Virus record (IMG/VR): IMGVR_UViG_3300047388_000211
Span: 4,318 to 68,317 of that record
DNA from: a virus
DNA length: 64,000 bases
Direction: 5' to 3' (one strand)
Below the pieces are notes generated by a model. It made no database searches. It was not told the DNA's origin and saw nothing but the letters and a program-made list of their open reading frames with translations. Positions 9,409-18,617 of this stretch are shown here, in pieces. The position numbers and the translations under genes were made by a program. How positions within the stretch are numbered: the stretch's first letter is position 1; each line of letters starts with the position of its first letter.

Positions 9409-9478
9409 GGCCCGTAGGCAGAAGATGATTCCACAATGAGAACCGCGAATCTTCAGATAGCCTACGGGTTCTTTTTTA
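9409..9478 (+). terminator. Terminator-like hairpin with a large structured loop
   Basis: GGCCCGTAGGC/GCCTACGGGTT then CTTTTTT; inner GAAGAT/ATCTTC. Confidence 0.6.
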
Positions 9479-9586
9479 TTGGAGATTTATGGGCGAGAGA
9501 GAATTGTGCCTCAGCTATGGCATTCAGGAGGATGCCAACAAAAACGATAAGACCATCGACTTAGGTATTACCAGCGAGGAGAAACC

Positions 9587-9958
9587 ATGAGTAAAAAAGA
9601 GAAAGAAGGAAGGAAACGATTAGAGCCCGTCAATGAACTGGAAATCAAAGATCCCGGTACGAGTGGCGAAACCCTGAAACAGCAGAATATCCGGGCGTTC
9701 TTTGACGCTCAGGAGGCTTACAAGGTCGCGAAGCGCCGGTACTACGACGCCTATCGCAAAGTGCAACACATCATCATGGCAGGAGCGGAGATCCAGCCTG
9801 GACGCTTTGGCATCAAGTATGGCGTGATGCTGGTACGACGCAGGAGCTACAAACAGGATTTGATCGATGCCAAAGGTGTCACCTATCAGCTGAGGCTCCT
9901 GGAGTCCACCGCTCCCCATGCCCAGTTCTATGTCCGAATTCGACCACCGAAAGGATAA
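9587..9958 (+). CDS. Hypothetical protein
   Basis: GAGGAG RBS, 123 aa. Confidence 0.7.
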   Translation: MSKKEKEGRKRLEPVNELEIKDPGTSGETLKQQNIRAFFDAQEAYKVAKRRYYDAYRKVQHIIMAGAEIQPGRFGIKYGVMLVRRRSYKQDLIDAKGVTYQLRLLESTAPHAQFYVRIRPPKG

Positions 9959-9961
9959 TTT

Positions 9962-10498
9962 ATGAACGAACCCTTATCAATCGACTTGAATATCGATCGC
10001 ATGCGCGCGGAAATCTATCTGGAAATCACAGAAGCCTTACGCCCATTCTATCGACGGCTGGAACAGCTGGATAGCGTGGAATCATTCCTCAAGGCCAAAC
10101 AGCCGGGATACGCCAGTCCTCAGAAGCGAGGATGGCTCACGCGACAGAAAGTTCGCCGTCGCGCCAAGATTGTGCGTACAGAGCGCCCACAAAAGGAGCT
10201 GCCTTCCGGCCCAACCGCCGGAATCTACGCGACTGTGCCCCAAGGGGTGGCCATTGTGGATGCCGTCACCAAAGAGCCGGGGCTTGATCCGAAGGGCGTT
10301 GCGGAGCGTCTGGTTGCCGGGGGCTATCCCTTCAAAGGGACGACGCCCATCGATGCGGTCTATGTGGCCATGCGCCATCAGGTCGTTGCTGGAAAGATCC
10401 GCCAAGTGACGCCAAGTGCTGAAGAGCGGGATCAAGGCAAGCGCATCACCTATTACCCCATCCCCAAAAGACTGAAAATCGAAGCATTTAAGAACTAG
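9962..10498 (+). CDS. Putative winged-helix DNA-binding protein
   Basis: IVDAVTKEPGLDPKGVAERLVAGGY...AVYVAMRHQV...GKI pattern. Confidence 0.5.
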   Translation: MNEPLSIDLNIDRMRAEIYLEITEALRPFYRRLEQLDSVESFLKAKQPGYASPQKRGWLTRQKVRRRAKIVRTERPQKELPSGPTAGIYATVPQGVAIVDAVTKEPGLDPKGVAERLVAGGYPFKGTTPIDAVYVAMRHQVVAGKIRQVTPSAEERDQGKRITYYPIPKRLKIEAFKN

Positions 10499-10507
10499 GA
10501 GTATTTG

Positions 10508-11038
10508 ATGAAACGAGATATTCCAAAGCCATTCCTGCGTGCGCTGCCATTGCCACGCAAATACTTGAAACCGGGCGTGTTAACTCTTGAAGTAACGGAG
10601 TATTCGCTACGCTCACGCCACATGCCCAATGGCTACTGGGTCACCCTGGCCGCCATTGTGGTGCCCTCCGTGGACCGGACCATCTTAGGGGCTTCCGCCT
10701 GTTCTCCCGATGATGAGCACCTGTTCGATCGGGCCGATGCGGCCCACCGGGCCTTAGGCCGCGCCCGTCAGGTGGCTTTCCGGGTGTGGTCGGGAGCGGT
10801 GAAGGCCTCTCCGGATATTGCACCGGAGTCCCTCCACGTCACCTTATTCGGGAGAGAACTCGATGCGGTGTTCATGACACCCGTCGAGCACACCTTGGCC
10901 AAGATCCAGGAGCTGGCCGAGCCTCTCTTTGAGAAAGTGGCCCATCATGCCGCGCTCATTGCGGCAGTGCATCTCCAGAAGCTACGCAACCAAATGGACA
11001 ACAGGTTCGAATGGTCCTTCGTGGAAAGGAAGAAGTGA
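10508..11038 (+). CDS. Hypothetical protein
   Basis: AGGAG RBS; GASACSPDD..FDR...ALGRA motif typical of phage proteins. Confidence 0.65.
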   Translation: MKRDIPKPFLRALPLPRKYLKPGVLTLEVTEYSLRSRHMPNGYWVTLAAIVVPSVDRTILGASACSPDDEHLFDRADAAHRALGRARQVAFRVWSGAVKASPDIAPESLHVTLFGRELDAVFMTPVEHTLAKIQELAEPLFEKVAHHAALIAAVHLQKLRNQMDNRFEWSFVERKK

Positions 11039-11538
11039 TGTCGCAAGCTCGAACACGTTACAACTCGTTCATTCTCGATAAGACGGGCAAGTACAGCTGT
11101 CCCTCCTGCTACCGTTTGCACCAGGGCAAGATCACGACAGATGGCATCACGTGCGCCTACTGTCTGACAAAGGCTCCCATCTACAATCCAGGGCCGGGGG
11201 CTCCGGCTGTCATTAGCGGCGGTATTACTGTTACTTCCGAATTTCACATCGTGAAAGTGGATGCGAACTATCACTACTACCAATGCCCCAATTGCGGCAA
11301 GACCAACGCGGGCCAGAAAGGGCTCTACGCCTTCGCTTGCCCCAACTGCATCTTCGCGGCTCCGGTGTCCTATCGGGAGATCTGTAATGCCTGCCTGATG
11401 GGCGGCCATGGGCTGGCGAAGGCCGAGTACATCTGCTCCAATCCCGCTGGACGCCACAGTCCCGGTCACAACACCGGCCTGAAGATCGCGGGGAAATGCG
11501 CGTCCCATAAGTGTCATTACGACTGCAAGAAAATCTAA
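11038..11538 (+). CDS. Multi-Zn-finger Cys-rich protein
   Basis: Five CxxC pairs, 14 Cys. Confidence 0.65.
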   Translation: MSQARTRYNSFILDKTGKYSCPSCYRLHQGKITTDGITCAYCLTKAPIYNPGPGAPAVISGGITVTSEFHIVKVDANYHYYQCPNCGKTNAGQKGLYAFACPNCIFAAPVSYREICNACLMGGHGLAKAEYICSNPAGRHSPGHNTGLKIAGKCASHKCHYDCKKI

Positions 11539-11554
11539 AGAAAGGAAATGATGC

Positions 11555-12388
11555 ATGAAACTCGCGGAGTTACCCAATCTCTCAGGCAAGCGCAGCTATC
11601 TGGAGAGTCCGAATAACTTCAGGCACTGGCTCGATCGCACGCTGAAGTCGGATTCTATCGATAAGACGCGCTCGCTCTTGTACTACGGATTCCAGCCGCT
11701 GTTCGATGTTCTCGCGGAACAAAGGGTCGAAGGCGATGCACGCAAGCTCGCTCTTGCTCTTCTCAAGAAGGTTGTGAAGTTCAATGCCGACTATGTGTCC
11801 GGCTATTACACCGGAGGAAAGCTTCCCGATGTGCAGCAATTGGAGGAGCTGACCCCGCAAGTGGACGCACTCGATGAAGCCAAAGTGCGCTACCAGACCA
11901 AGACCCGCAACATCGGGCTCTATGATGGGGATGGCCGGGATCTCTGCACTCCCAACCATGTCCAGCAGTTCCTTGTGGCTCTGGATGGAGCGGTAGAACA
12001 GAATGTGCTTCCTGCTCCGGACTACATTGTGGGTTGTGCCTGTGGCGCATCCGAAATCGTGATGCCCATCGCTCAGATCTTCGATGTCCCGCTGGGCTTC
12101 ATCCGGCGATCCAAACGGCGAGGGGATACCACGCCCCTCGTGATCACGGAGCATGTCGCCACGATCAAGAGGCATGCGAAAGACAAGATCGTGTACGTGC
12201 TCGAAGATTTTGTCTGCACGGGCCAGTCGATCCATTCGGTGATGGCGAAGGTGGAAGGCTACGGGGCCACGCGGGTCATTGGGCTCTCCATCGCGCGCAA
12301 TCACGAAGACTGCCTGACTTCCAAACTCCACATCATTCACACCTTTCCAGGGAGGCATGGATCGTATGCGTATCAAACGAAAAGTTAA
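11555..12388 (+). CDS. Type I phosphoribosyltransferase-domain protein
   Basis: PRPP loop VYVLEDFVCTGQS; IVGCACGA; LGFIRRSK. Confidence 0.8.
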   Translation: MKLAELPNLSGKRSYLESPNNFRHWLDRTLKSDSIDKTRSLLYYGFQPLFDVLAEQRVEGDARKLALALLKKVVKFNADYVSGYYTGGKLPDVQQLEELTPQVDALDEAKVRYQTKTRNIGLYDGDGRDLCTPNHVQQFLVALDGAVEQNVLPAPDYIVGCACGASEIVMPIAQIFDVPLGFIRRSKRRGDTTPLVITEHVATIKRHAKDKIVYVLEDFVCTGQSIHSVMAKVEGYGATRVIGLSIARNHEDCLTSKLHIIHTFPGRHGSYAYQTKS

Positions 12389-13175
12389 ATACAAAGAACC
12401 GCGCTTCGATTTGATGAAACAGATTGCGGGCGAGATTCGTTCCCGCCATCCCGGGCCCCTCATTGCCGCGATTGGGGCGGGAGATCCGGATAAGCCCTAC
12501 ACCATCCCGATGGGGATGAAGGCCGGATACGGCATAGCTGAATACATTGATGATAACTACCATGGAACACTCTTTACGGGAGGAATGAATGGCGTTGGCG
12601 CGGACATTTTTGTTGGGGTGACGCGCTATCGTATGCATGCCAGCCACGGACAGCCTCCAGTTATCAACTTCAGGCATTTCTTCGTGCTGATCCCAGAGAG
12701 AGAAACCCATTCCATTATGGGATTCGGGGAGTTTATTGAGCCCTTCCAGGAATCCTATTCCTATCGGCAGCTGGCGGCATTGACGGGGGACGACATCATT
12801 CGCGAGAGGGCGGGAGACTCCCTCGAAGAACGGAGGATTTGTCTGGCCCACACCGCTGACTTCGCAGTGTGCCTCAATGGCACAGGCGGGACGTTGGATG
12901 AGGCCGCCATGATCCTCCAGCACGGGAAGCCTGTGATTACATGCGCGGAGTCGGGAGGCGTATCGGAAGCGCTCCAGACCTACAAAACGTATTTGGTGGG
13001 CAACTTCAACATGAAGCTGAAGTGGCTGGAGAAGATGATGAATGTGATGCCGTTTGGGATGAATCCAGACTTAATTGTAACGACCGATACGGTGGAAGAA
13101 GCCGTAGAGGCCGTTAAACGACAAATGAAAGGAGGGACACACGCCTCCGGCAATAAAGCCGGAAGGCTTATTTAG
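12357..13175 (+). CDS. SLOG/LOG-family protein
   Basis: IAAIGAG, LFTGGMNGVG, ERRICL, LNGTGGTLDEA, GKPVI. Confidence 0.75.
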   Translation: MDRMRIKRKVKYKEPRFDLMKQIAGEIRSRHPGPLIAAIGAGDPDKPYTIPMGMKAGYGIAEYIDDNYHGTLFTGGMNGVGADIFVGVTRYRMHASHGQPPVINFRHFFVLIPERETHSIMGFGEFIEPFQESYSYRQLAALTGDDIIRERAGDSLEERRICLAHTADFAVCLNGTGGTLDEAAMILQHGKPVITCAESGGVSEALQTYKTYLVGNFNMKLKWLEKMMNVMPFGMNPDLIVTTDTVEEAVEAVKRQMKGGTHASGNKAGRLI

Positions 13176-13184
13176 GGTTTCGTT

Positions 13185-13403
13185 ATGGTGAAAATTGTAT
13201 TTAGAAACACAGAGAAGAATCCTCCGGGCGAGAAAGTATTTATCGCATCGGGGGTCCACGTTTTTACACGCTCTATCGTCGCCGTTATCAATGGTAAAGA
13301 GCAACTGCTGGCCGTGGGAGGAGCGCATCGCTGGCGGGTGGGACTCCGTCTTTACACGAGCGTCGAAATTCAATCGATCGAAACATTCAGAAAGGCGGCT
13401 TAA
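13185..13403 (+). CDS. Hypothetical protein
   Basis: 72-aa ORF in operon. Confidence 0.55.
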   Translation: MVKIVFRNTEKNPPGEKVFIASGVHVFTRSIVAVINGKEQLLAVGGAHRWRVGLRLYTSVEIQSIETFRKAA

Positions 13404-13591
13404 TGACCATCGAGTGGACCATTCCCAAGCTACACCGGTTCACGCGCGCCTATGAACAGGCGCTAACCCAACAACAACCGTCCTTCCATTTCGAGGAGGT
13501 GGAGTTTGATACCGCGTATGCCGGGTATCTCATCGAATGGATGGATCAACGCTTCGAACAAATGGAAATGCAATCGAAAGGAAACGTATGA
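13403..13591 (+). CDS. Hypothetical phage protein
   Basis: Coupled ORF; F-x-F...YAGYLIEW. Confidence 0.6.
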   Translation: MTIEWTIPKLHRFTRAYEQALTQQQPSFHFEEVEFDTAYAGYLIEWMDQRFEQMEMQSKGNV

Positions 13592-14013
13592 CAATTCAAG
13601 AAGCCAAGCACCATGTACGATCGTTTCTACAGGACCACTACACCGATAAGAAGCTCGCCCAGGGCCTGGATCATCTGCGCGCGGGTGACTTCCGGTTCGT
13701 CTCTTGCTGCTGTTTCGTTGGGATCGCAACCGCGAAACATCAGAAACATCAACTGCGGGGGTATTGCGACCAGGCCACATGGAACAATGCCCATTACAAG
13801 AAGGCTAAAGAGCTGCCGGGTGGGGAGATGGCCGAGCAGGCTGCCGTGGTGCTGAGCCGCCCACACCGTAATCCCTATGCCATCGACGACGCCAGACTGA
13901 CTCGTCGTCTGATCCCCATGTTCCTTGCCGAGATCCGCCGAAGAGAGAAGGCACGCCATGGCGCAGTGGAAGCCGCTGCCATCGTCGAATCTACGCCGAG
14001 TCCGGTACTTTAA
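13588..14013 (+). CDS. Hypothetical protein
   Basis: ATGA-coupled; SCCCFVG. Confidence 0.6.
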   Translation: MTIQEAKHHVRSFLQDHYTDKKLAQGLDHLRAGDFRFVSCCCFVGIATAKHQKHQLRGYCDQATWNNAHYKKAKELPGGEMAEQAAVVLSRPHRNPYAIDDARLTRRLIPMFLAEIRRREKARHGAVEAAAIVESTPSPVL

Positions 14014-14227
14014 GAAGAACGCACTGCTCGCCGTGGAATTTAAATCGGGACGCATCTGGATCTACGGGTGCGTCCCGTGGTCGCGCTATATGGGGCTTCT
14101 ATCGGCGAAGTCTTCCCATGGCAAATACTTCAACCGTTATATCCGACTGAAGTACCAGTTTCTGGAGGTTCCATGGCGAGTGGCCCGCAAGCTTGGTTTG
14201 ATAACGGGAGGAAAGGAGTCTGAATGA
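13958..14227 (+). CDS. KTSC domain protein (second copy)
   Basis: SSNLRRVRY...LAVEFKSGRIWIYGCVP...SHGKYFNRYIR. Confidence 0.8.
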   Translation: MAQWKPLPSSNLRRVRYFKKNALLAVEFKSGRIWIYGCVPWSRYMGLLSAKSSHGKYFNRYIRLKYQFLEVPWRVARKLGLITGGKESE

Positions 14228-14354
14228 CAGGTTCACGAAATCGGCGCGCTTGGCGCTGCCACGTCTGCCATAAGAAGTTCTACAAACGGCAGATATGGAC
14301 ACGCCATACGTGGGCGAAACACCAAATTGCGGTTCTCAGAAGAGTGAGAAAACG

Positions 14355-14552
14355 ATGTCGAAGACCGTTCGAGAAGCCAAGCTATCCGGAGAGTCCTTAG
14401 CCGTATTCGGCAAGACACTCTACCGGGTTTACTGTCCAGCGTGTGAGGGGCCGCAGTGGCATGGGCAAGGCCTGACCACGTGTATCTACTGCGATGCCCC
14501 TTATGCCGTCCACCAATACACCGTTATTCCGGGAAACAAGCCGGAGGAGTAA
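14355..14552 (+). CDS. Zn-ribbon hypothetical protein
   Basis: CPAC, CIYC; start uncertain. Confidence 0.45.
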   Translation: MSKTVREAKLSGESLAVFGKTLYRVYCPACEGPQWHGQGLTTCIYCDAPYAVHQYTVIPGNKPEE

Positions 14553-14557
14553 GAGTT

Positions 14558-14851
14558 ATGAATACGTGCGAACACTGTGGAGGGGATAAGCTTCTCCACC
14601 TATTTCGATCGGTGGGGCCGGAACCCTGCCCCAAATGCGTGGGTAAATCTGCGCCCGCTAAGAAGAATAAGGAAGTCCAGACTGGAGCCGTGTATGCGGG
14701 ACAAGCCGGATACTACATCCCCGCTGTGTCCGGTGCTCCAATGTGCAAGCATCAGCCGTCTTCCGGCTGGCACTGCACCCGGCCTCTCGGCCACAGCGGC
14801 ACACACGCCGGTCATGCGGGCGGTGTGCAACATGGCACATGGGAACCATAA
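14558..14851 (+). CDS. Cys/His-rich hypothetical protein
   Basis: GGAGGAG RBS; CEHC, CPKC, CTRPLGHSGTH. Confidence 0.55.
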   Translation: MNTCEHCGGDKLLHLFRSVGPEPCPKCVGKSAPAKKNKEVQTGAVYAGQAGYYIPAVSGAPMCKHQPSSGWHCTRPLGHSGTHAGHAGGVQHGTWEP

Positions 14852-14894
14852 ATTGTGGTATATATTCACAATCTCAAATTAAAGGAGCCTGCAT

Positions 14895-15923
14895 ATGGGC
14901 GAAACAAAAAGTGCTTTGAGCGCGGAAGGAGTGTACACCGAGCGTAAGTTTGTCACGGCAGAAATGGCCCGGACTTTGCTCCGGTCGAATATTGTGCATA
15001 ACAGGCCGGTCCAGGAAGGCCGCATCAAGGAGTTCATCCAGGACATGAAGGCGGGCCGCTGGAAGGAGAACGGCTCGACCATCGTCATCGCCAAGGCCGG
15101 GGAGCTGATCGATGGCCAGCACCGGCTTCACGCCTGTATGGAGTGCGGGGTCGGCTTCTGGACCCTGGTGGCCTATAACGTGGACCGCGATGCGTTCCTC
15201 ACCATCGATCGGGGTCAGACCCGTTCCACGGGCCAGCAGTTGCATCTGGCGACCGGCCTCACCGATTATAACGCCGTCTCGTCGGCCCTCACCTATCTCT
15301 ACCGCTTCAGGGATGGGATCATGATGGCCACAGGTCGGCCCACGTCTCTTGAAGCCGATGAAATGCTCCAGATGAATCCGGGGATACCGGGGTCGGTGGC
15401 CTATGCCCGACATCTGGTGCATCGCTTCAAGGCGGGCTCGATCCCGATAGTGGCGGTCTGTCATTACCTGTTCACCCGTCAGGATGCGACACTGGCCGAA
15501 GCCTACTTCGATGCCTTGGCCACAGGAGCGTCCCTGCGCGAGATCGATCCGGTCTATCAGCTACGATTTCGGATCATTTCGGCGCATGGGAATCCGTCGA
15601 AAACCATCGGAAGTTATGAGCTTCTGGCCCTGTTATTCAAGACATGGATTGCGGAGCGGGAGCAGCGCACGATGAAGCTCCTAAAATGGCATGCGTCGGA
15701 ACCGTTCCCCAACATTGGCCCGATTGAGTCGATTCACAAGATCAAGCGGGTCATCGATGAATCGAAATCTCATCCTGGCCGCAAGAAGCGAAGGGCCGGA
15801 GTAATGCCGGATGTCCCGGCCAGCAAGATCCCGGCTCAGCCGAAGCTGACTCCGGCGAAGCAGCCGGAGTCGAAACTCGATCAACTGATCGCAAAGCATC
15901 AGGGATTGGATAAACGATCATGA
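14895..15923 (+). CDS. ParB-like DGQHR-domain protein
   Basis: NRP...MKAGRWKENGSTI...LIDGQHRLHA; IDRGQTRS. Confidence 0.8.
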   Translation: MGETKSALSAEGVYTERKFVTAEMARTLLRSNIVHNRPVQEGRIKEFIQDMKAGRWKENGSTIVIAKAGELIDGQHRLHACMECGVGFWTLVAYNVDRDAFLTIDRGQTRSTGQQLHLATGLTDYNAVSSALTYLYRFRDGIMMATGRPTSLEADEMLQMNPGIPGSVAYARHLVHRFKAGSIPIVAVCHYLFTRQDATLAEAYFDALATGASLREIDPVYQLRFRIISAHGNPSKTIGSYELLALLFKTWIAEREQRTMKLLKWHASEPFPNIGPIESIHKIKRVIDESKSHPGRKKRRAGVMPDVPASKIPAQPKLTPAKQPESKLDQLIAKHQGLDKRS

Positions 15924-16005
15924 ACATTTGCAAAGTGTGCGGAAGACAAACAACAAAGAAGCGAAAGTGTTCCAACTGTACGAAGTTAGCAAAGGAGAAG
16001 AAGGT

Positions 16006-16467
16006 ATGAATGTAGAGCGAATGAAGCAAGTGCGAGCGTGGGTCGCGATGATGCCGGACCAGTTCTGTGACATGACCGACTGGCAGCATCTCGCCTGGGA
16101 TAAAGACAGTGATGGCATTGTCACTTTCGAGATCATGCAGCAGCGGGGCTTTCTCTGTGGCTCTGCCGCATGTATTGCCGGTATTACCGAGCTGATGGTT
16201 AACCGATGCACCCGGAGGCAACGGGAGAAAATGGAACTCGACGGCCAATACGTCTGGGCGCAGGATTGGCTGGAACTCTCGTATTTCGAGAAGAAGGCGT
16301 TGTTCTGCAGCATGCCGAGTGACTCACCGCAGGAAGGCTGGAAGGCATGGATGCTCCAGAGGCTCGATGATGCGATCGCATCCGGCGTCATTACCGAATG
16401 GCATGACGAGGAAGAGGAAGAATACAACGAAGACGAACCTGAAGAAGAACTGACCGAAGACGAATAA
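16006..16467 (+). CDS. Hypothetical protein with acidic tail
   Basis: AAGGAG RBS; CGSAACIAG. Confidence 0.65.
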   Translation: MNVERMKQVRAWVAMMPDQFCDMTDWQHLAWDKDSDGIVTFEIMQQRGFLCGSAACIAGITELMVNRCTRRQREKMELDGQYVWAQDWLELSYFEKKALFCSMPSDSPQEGWKAWMLQRLDDAIASGVITEWHDEEEEEYNEDEPEEELTEDE

Positions 16468-16479
16468 AAGGAGAAAGTA

Positions 16480-16869
16480 ATGAGAGACGTAAAAGTGAAT
16501 GTCGCTTCCATCCTAAAACGGATCAAGGCCAATCGGGAGGAGCACCTGAAGATTGTGGAAGAAGCCTGGGTCGGCTACATCAAGAACGTAACGGCGGAAT
16601 TGAGCCGGATGCATAACGCCTTCAAGGAAGGCCGTCGCTTTAGAGCTTACATCGGCTTGACAGCCCCGCAGGACCATACCAAGGACTATGACGCCGTCAT
16701 CGACATGCTGGAGTCCTCGACTGAGGCAGAAATCATGCTAAACCAGCAAGACTTCCGGGCATATGTTCGGGACGAATGGAGCTGGATGGGCCAGTTTTTG
16801 CATTCCAACTCTGCTTACAGTCTCAGCGCAACAGAAAAAATGTCTGCTTTGAATATCGAAGACGAATAA
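16480..16869 (+). CDS. Hypothetical phage protein
   Basis: Strong RBS; PQDHTKDYD..IDMLE...DEWSW. Confidence 0.75.
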   Translation: MRDVKVNVASILKRIKANREEHLKIVEEAWVGYIKNVTAELSRMHNAFKEGRRFRAYIGLTAPQDHTKDYDAVIDMLESSTEAEIMLNQQDFRAYVRDEWSWMGQFLHSNSAYSLSATEKMSALNIEDE

Positions 16870-16881
16870 AGGAGAAAACAA

Positions 16882-17112
16882 ATGACGAGAGTAATGAGAA
16901 AGATGAGTATGAATGGCGATGACAAAGTGGCCGAGTACGAAGTCGGTGTCACCACACCCGAACGTCTGGCCGAAATTGAAGCGGAATTCAAGAAATTCCA
17001 GAAGGAAGGCTGGCTGGCAGCGGATGTGACCGATAAGAAGGATGAGCTGATACAAAAGTTCGATCCGAAGGCCGACATCCTCCTGATTCCACGCATGCGG
17101 GGCGGGGTATGA
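16882..17112 (+). CDS. Hypothetical protein
   Basis: Strong RBS; ends IPRMRGGV. Confidence 0.7.
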   Translation: MTRVMRKMSMNGDDKVAEYEVGVTTPERLAEIEAEFKKFQKEGWLAADVTDKKDELIQKFDPKADILLIPRMRGGV

Positions 17113-17495
17113 CCATCTACTCTCAGGAGCGAGCGGTAGCTCTTATGCAGGATGTCACCCCGCTCCGGCAGCACAACGATGGATCGGCATGGGTGGATGG
17201 CAAGCGCTACCGCTACCATCTGATTCCAGGAGCGAGTGCCTATGTCTTCACCAAAGACAATACGCTGCTGGGAACCGCCTGTATCGAGTTCTCCGGCTGG
17301 CTCCCCTATGCCGACAAGATGATCGCGGAGTACATCCTGATCAAGAACAATGAGGCGCTCTATCTAAAGATCGCTAAACTGTCGTTTGGGAGGCCGAAGT
17401 TCCGCGATTTTGTCCTTGCCGCCTCTATTACTGGAGTTTGCGGTGGAGCAATCTATATGCTGATCCAGCTGTTCATTGTCCTGGTTACCAAGTAA
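17109..17495 (+). CDS. Hypothetical protein with C-terminal TM helix
   Basis: ATGA-coupled; hydrophobic C-terminus. Confidence 0.6.
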   Translation: MTIYSQERAVALMQDVTPLRQHNDGSAWVDGKRYRYHLIPGASAYVFTKDNTLLGTACIEFSGWLPYADKMIAEYILIKNNEALYLKIAKLSFGRPKFRDFVLAASITGVCGGAIYMLIQLFIVLVTK

Positions 17496-17578
17496 ACACC
17501 ACTTTCATGGCCTGGACACTTTTCGATCCAGGCTGGACGATCATCCCTCCGGTTAGAATCCCGGGGGGAGGTGTCCCC

Positions 17579-18001
17579 ATGCAGAAACTGTTTGCGTACT
17601 TCGATGGGTCTTGCGGTCCCAAAAATCCGGGAGGGACCGCAGCCTACGGCTTTGTGATCAAGAATGAAGAAATGGAGGTGATCGATACCGGATGTGGACG
17701 TGTGTGCCGGGGCGCTTTAGCGACGAACAACGTGGCGGAAGTGGAAGGACTCTATCAGGTGATGTTGCTAGTGGCCCAAAAGTATCCCAAGGCCAACGTC
17801 GAATTCAATGGAGACTCCAGCTTGGTGATTGCCCTGATGCGGGGGGAAGCCAAGGCCAGGAGCGGGAAGTACATTCCCTACTATGAAAAGGCGGCTGCAT
17901 TGGCAGCGCCGTTTATCGAAAAGAGGCTCTGGAAGTTCAGGTGGATTCAGCGAGCCCTGAATTCAGAAGCTGATGAACTGGCTCAATATCATAGGTTTTA
18001 A
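17579..18001 (+). CDS. rnhA: Ribonuclease HI-family protein
   Basis: YFDGSCGPKNPG, ATNNVAE, GDSSLV, WIQRALNSEADELA; GGAGGT RBS. Confidence 0.88.
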   Translation: MQKLFAYFDGSCGPKNPGGTAAYGFVIKNEEMEVIDTGCGRVCRGALATNNVAEVEGLYQVMLLVAQKYPKANVEFNGDSSLVIALMRGEAKARSGKYIPYYEKAAALAAPFIEKRLWKFRWIQRALNSEADELAQYHRF

Positions 18002-18009
18002 GGAGGTTT

Positions 18010-18180
18010 ATGGCAGAAGCGATGAAAGATTTACTCAAGAAAATGAAAGACGCTACCGACTACGTCCGAGACAGCTGCAAGCCGCTCATGGAGAAAGAGC
18101 CGAAGCTTGGAGAATCGTTCAGGACGTTCGATAAGGCCGTTAAGGAACAAGTCGATCGGGTAGCCGCTGATAGTAAATAA
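18010..18180 (+). CDS. 56-aa hypothetical protein
   Basis: AGGAGG RBS; MAEAMKDLLKKMKD... Confidence 0.6.
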   Translation: MAEAMKDLLKKMKDATDYVRDSCKPLMEKEPKLGESFRTFDKAVKEQVDRVAADSK

Positions 18181-18193
18181 AGTTCTCTCCACA

Positions 18194-18236
18194 GCCCGGA
18201 GGCGCGACCTCCATCTTTGCCTCCGGGTTCTTTTTC
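18194..18236 (+). terminator. Intrinsic terminator
   Basis: AGCCCGGAGGC/GCCTCCGGGTT then CTTTTT. Confidence 0.75.
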
Positions 18237-18261
18237 CTGCCAAATATTCTCCAATATATTC

Positions 18262-18290
18262 TTGACTCCGCCCATTTTCTTTTCTATACT
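18262..18290 (+). promoter_or_regulatory. Sigma70-type promoter for the recombination + glycan operon
   Basis: TTGACT-17 nt-TATACT just after a terminator. Confidence 0.7.
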
Positions 18291-18308
18291 TTCCCTAGAA
18301 ACCGATTC

Positions 18309-18617
18309 ATGGACAAGATTCACTGCAAGGTCACCAAATGCGATGCCACGACGATCCACCTGAGAGGGCTCTGCCGCAATTGCTACAACTATGCGGCCTC
18401 TCTGGTCCTTCACCGGATCGTGACTTGGGATCAGCTGGAGGCTGCGGGCTGTGTCGGGCCTGCGGGCTATCAGACCCAGTCTCCGAAACGTCCGGAAAGA
18501 ACGGAATGGTTTGCCCGGGGTGCGGGGATGAGCCCGGAGACCATGTCGGACACCTTGCGGGAACGCGTGCGTGAATACGGGGTTCAATTAAGACGATTCA
18601 AGCGGAGAGTAAAGTAA
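18309..18617 (+). CDS. Zn-binding hypothetical protein
   Basis: CKVTKC...GLCRNC. Confidence 0.55.
   Translation: MDKIHCKVTKCDATTIHLRGLCRNCYNYAASLVLHRIVTWDQLEAAGCVGPAGYQTQSPKRPERTEWFARGAGMSPETMSDTLRERVREYGVQLRRFKRRVK

Noticed and set aside
14895-15923. Dnd phosphorothioation system
   Set aside because: No dndACDE-like genes
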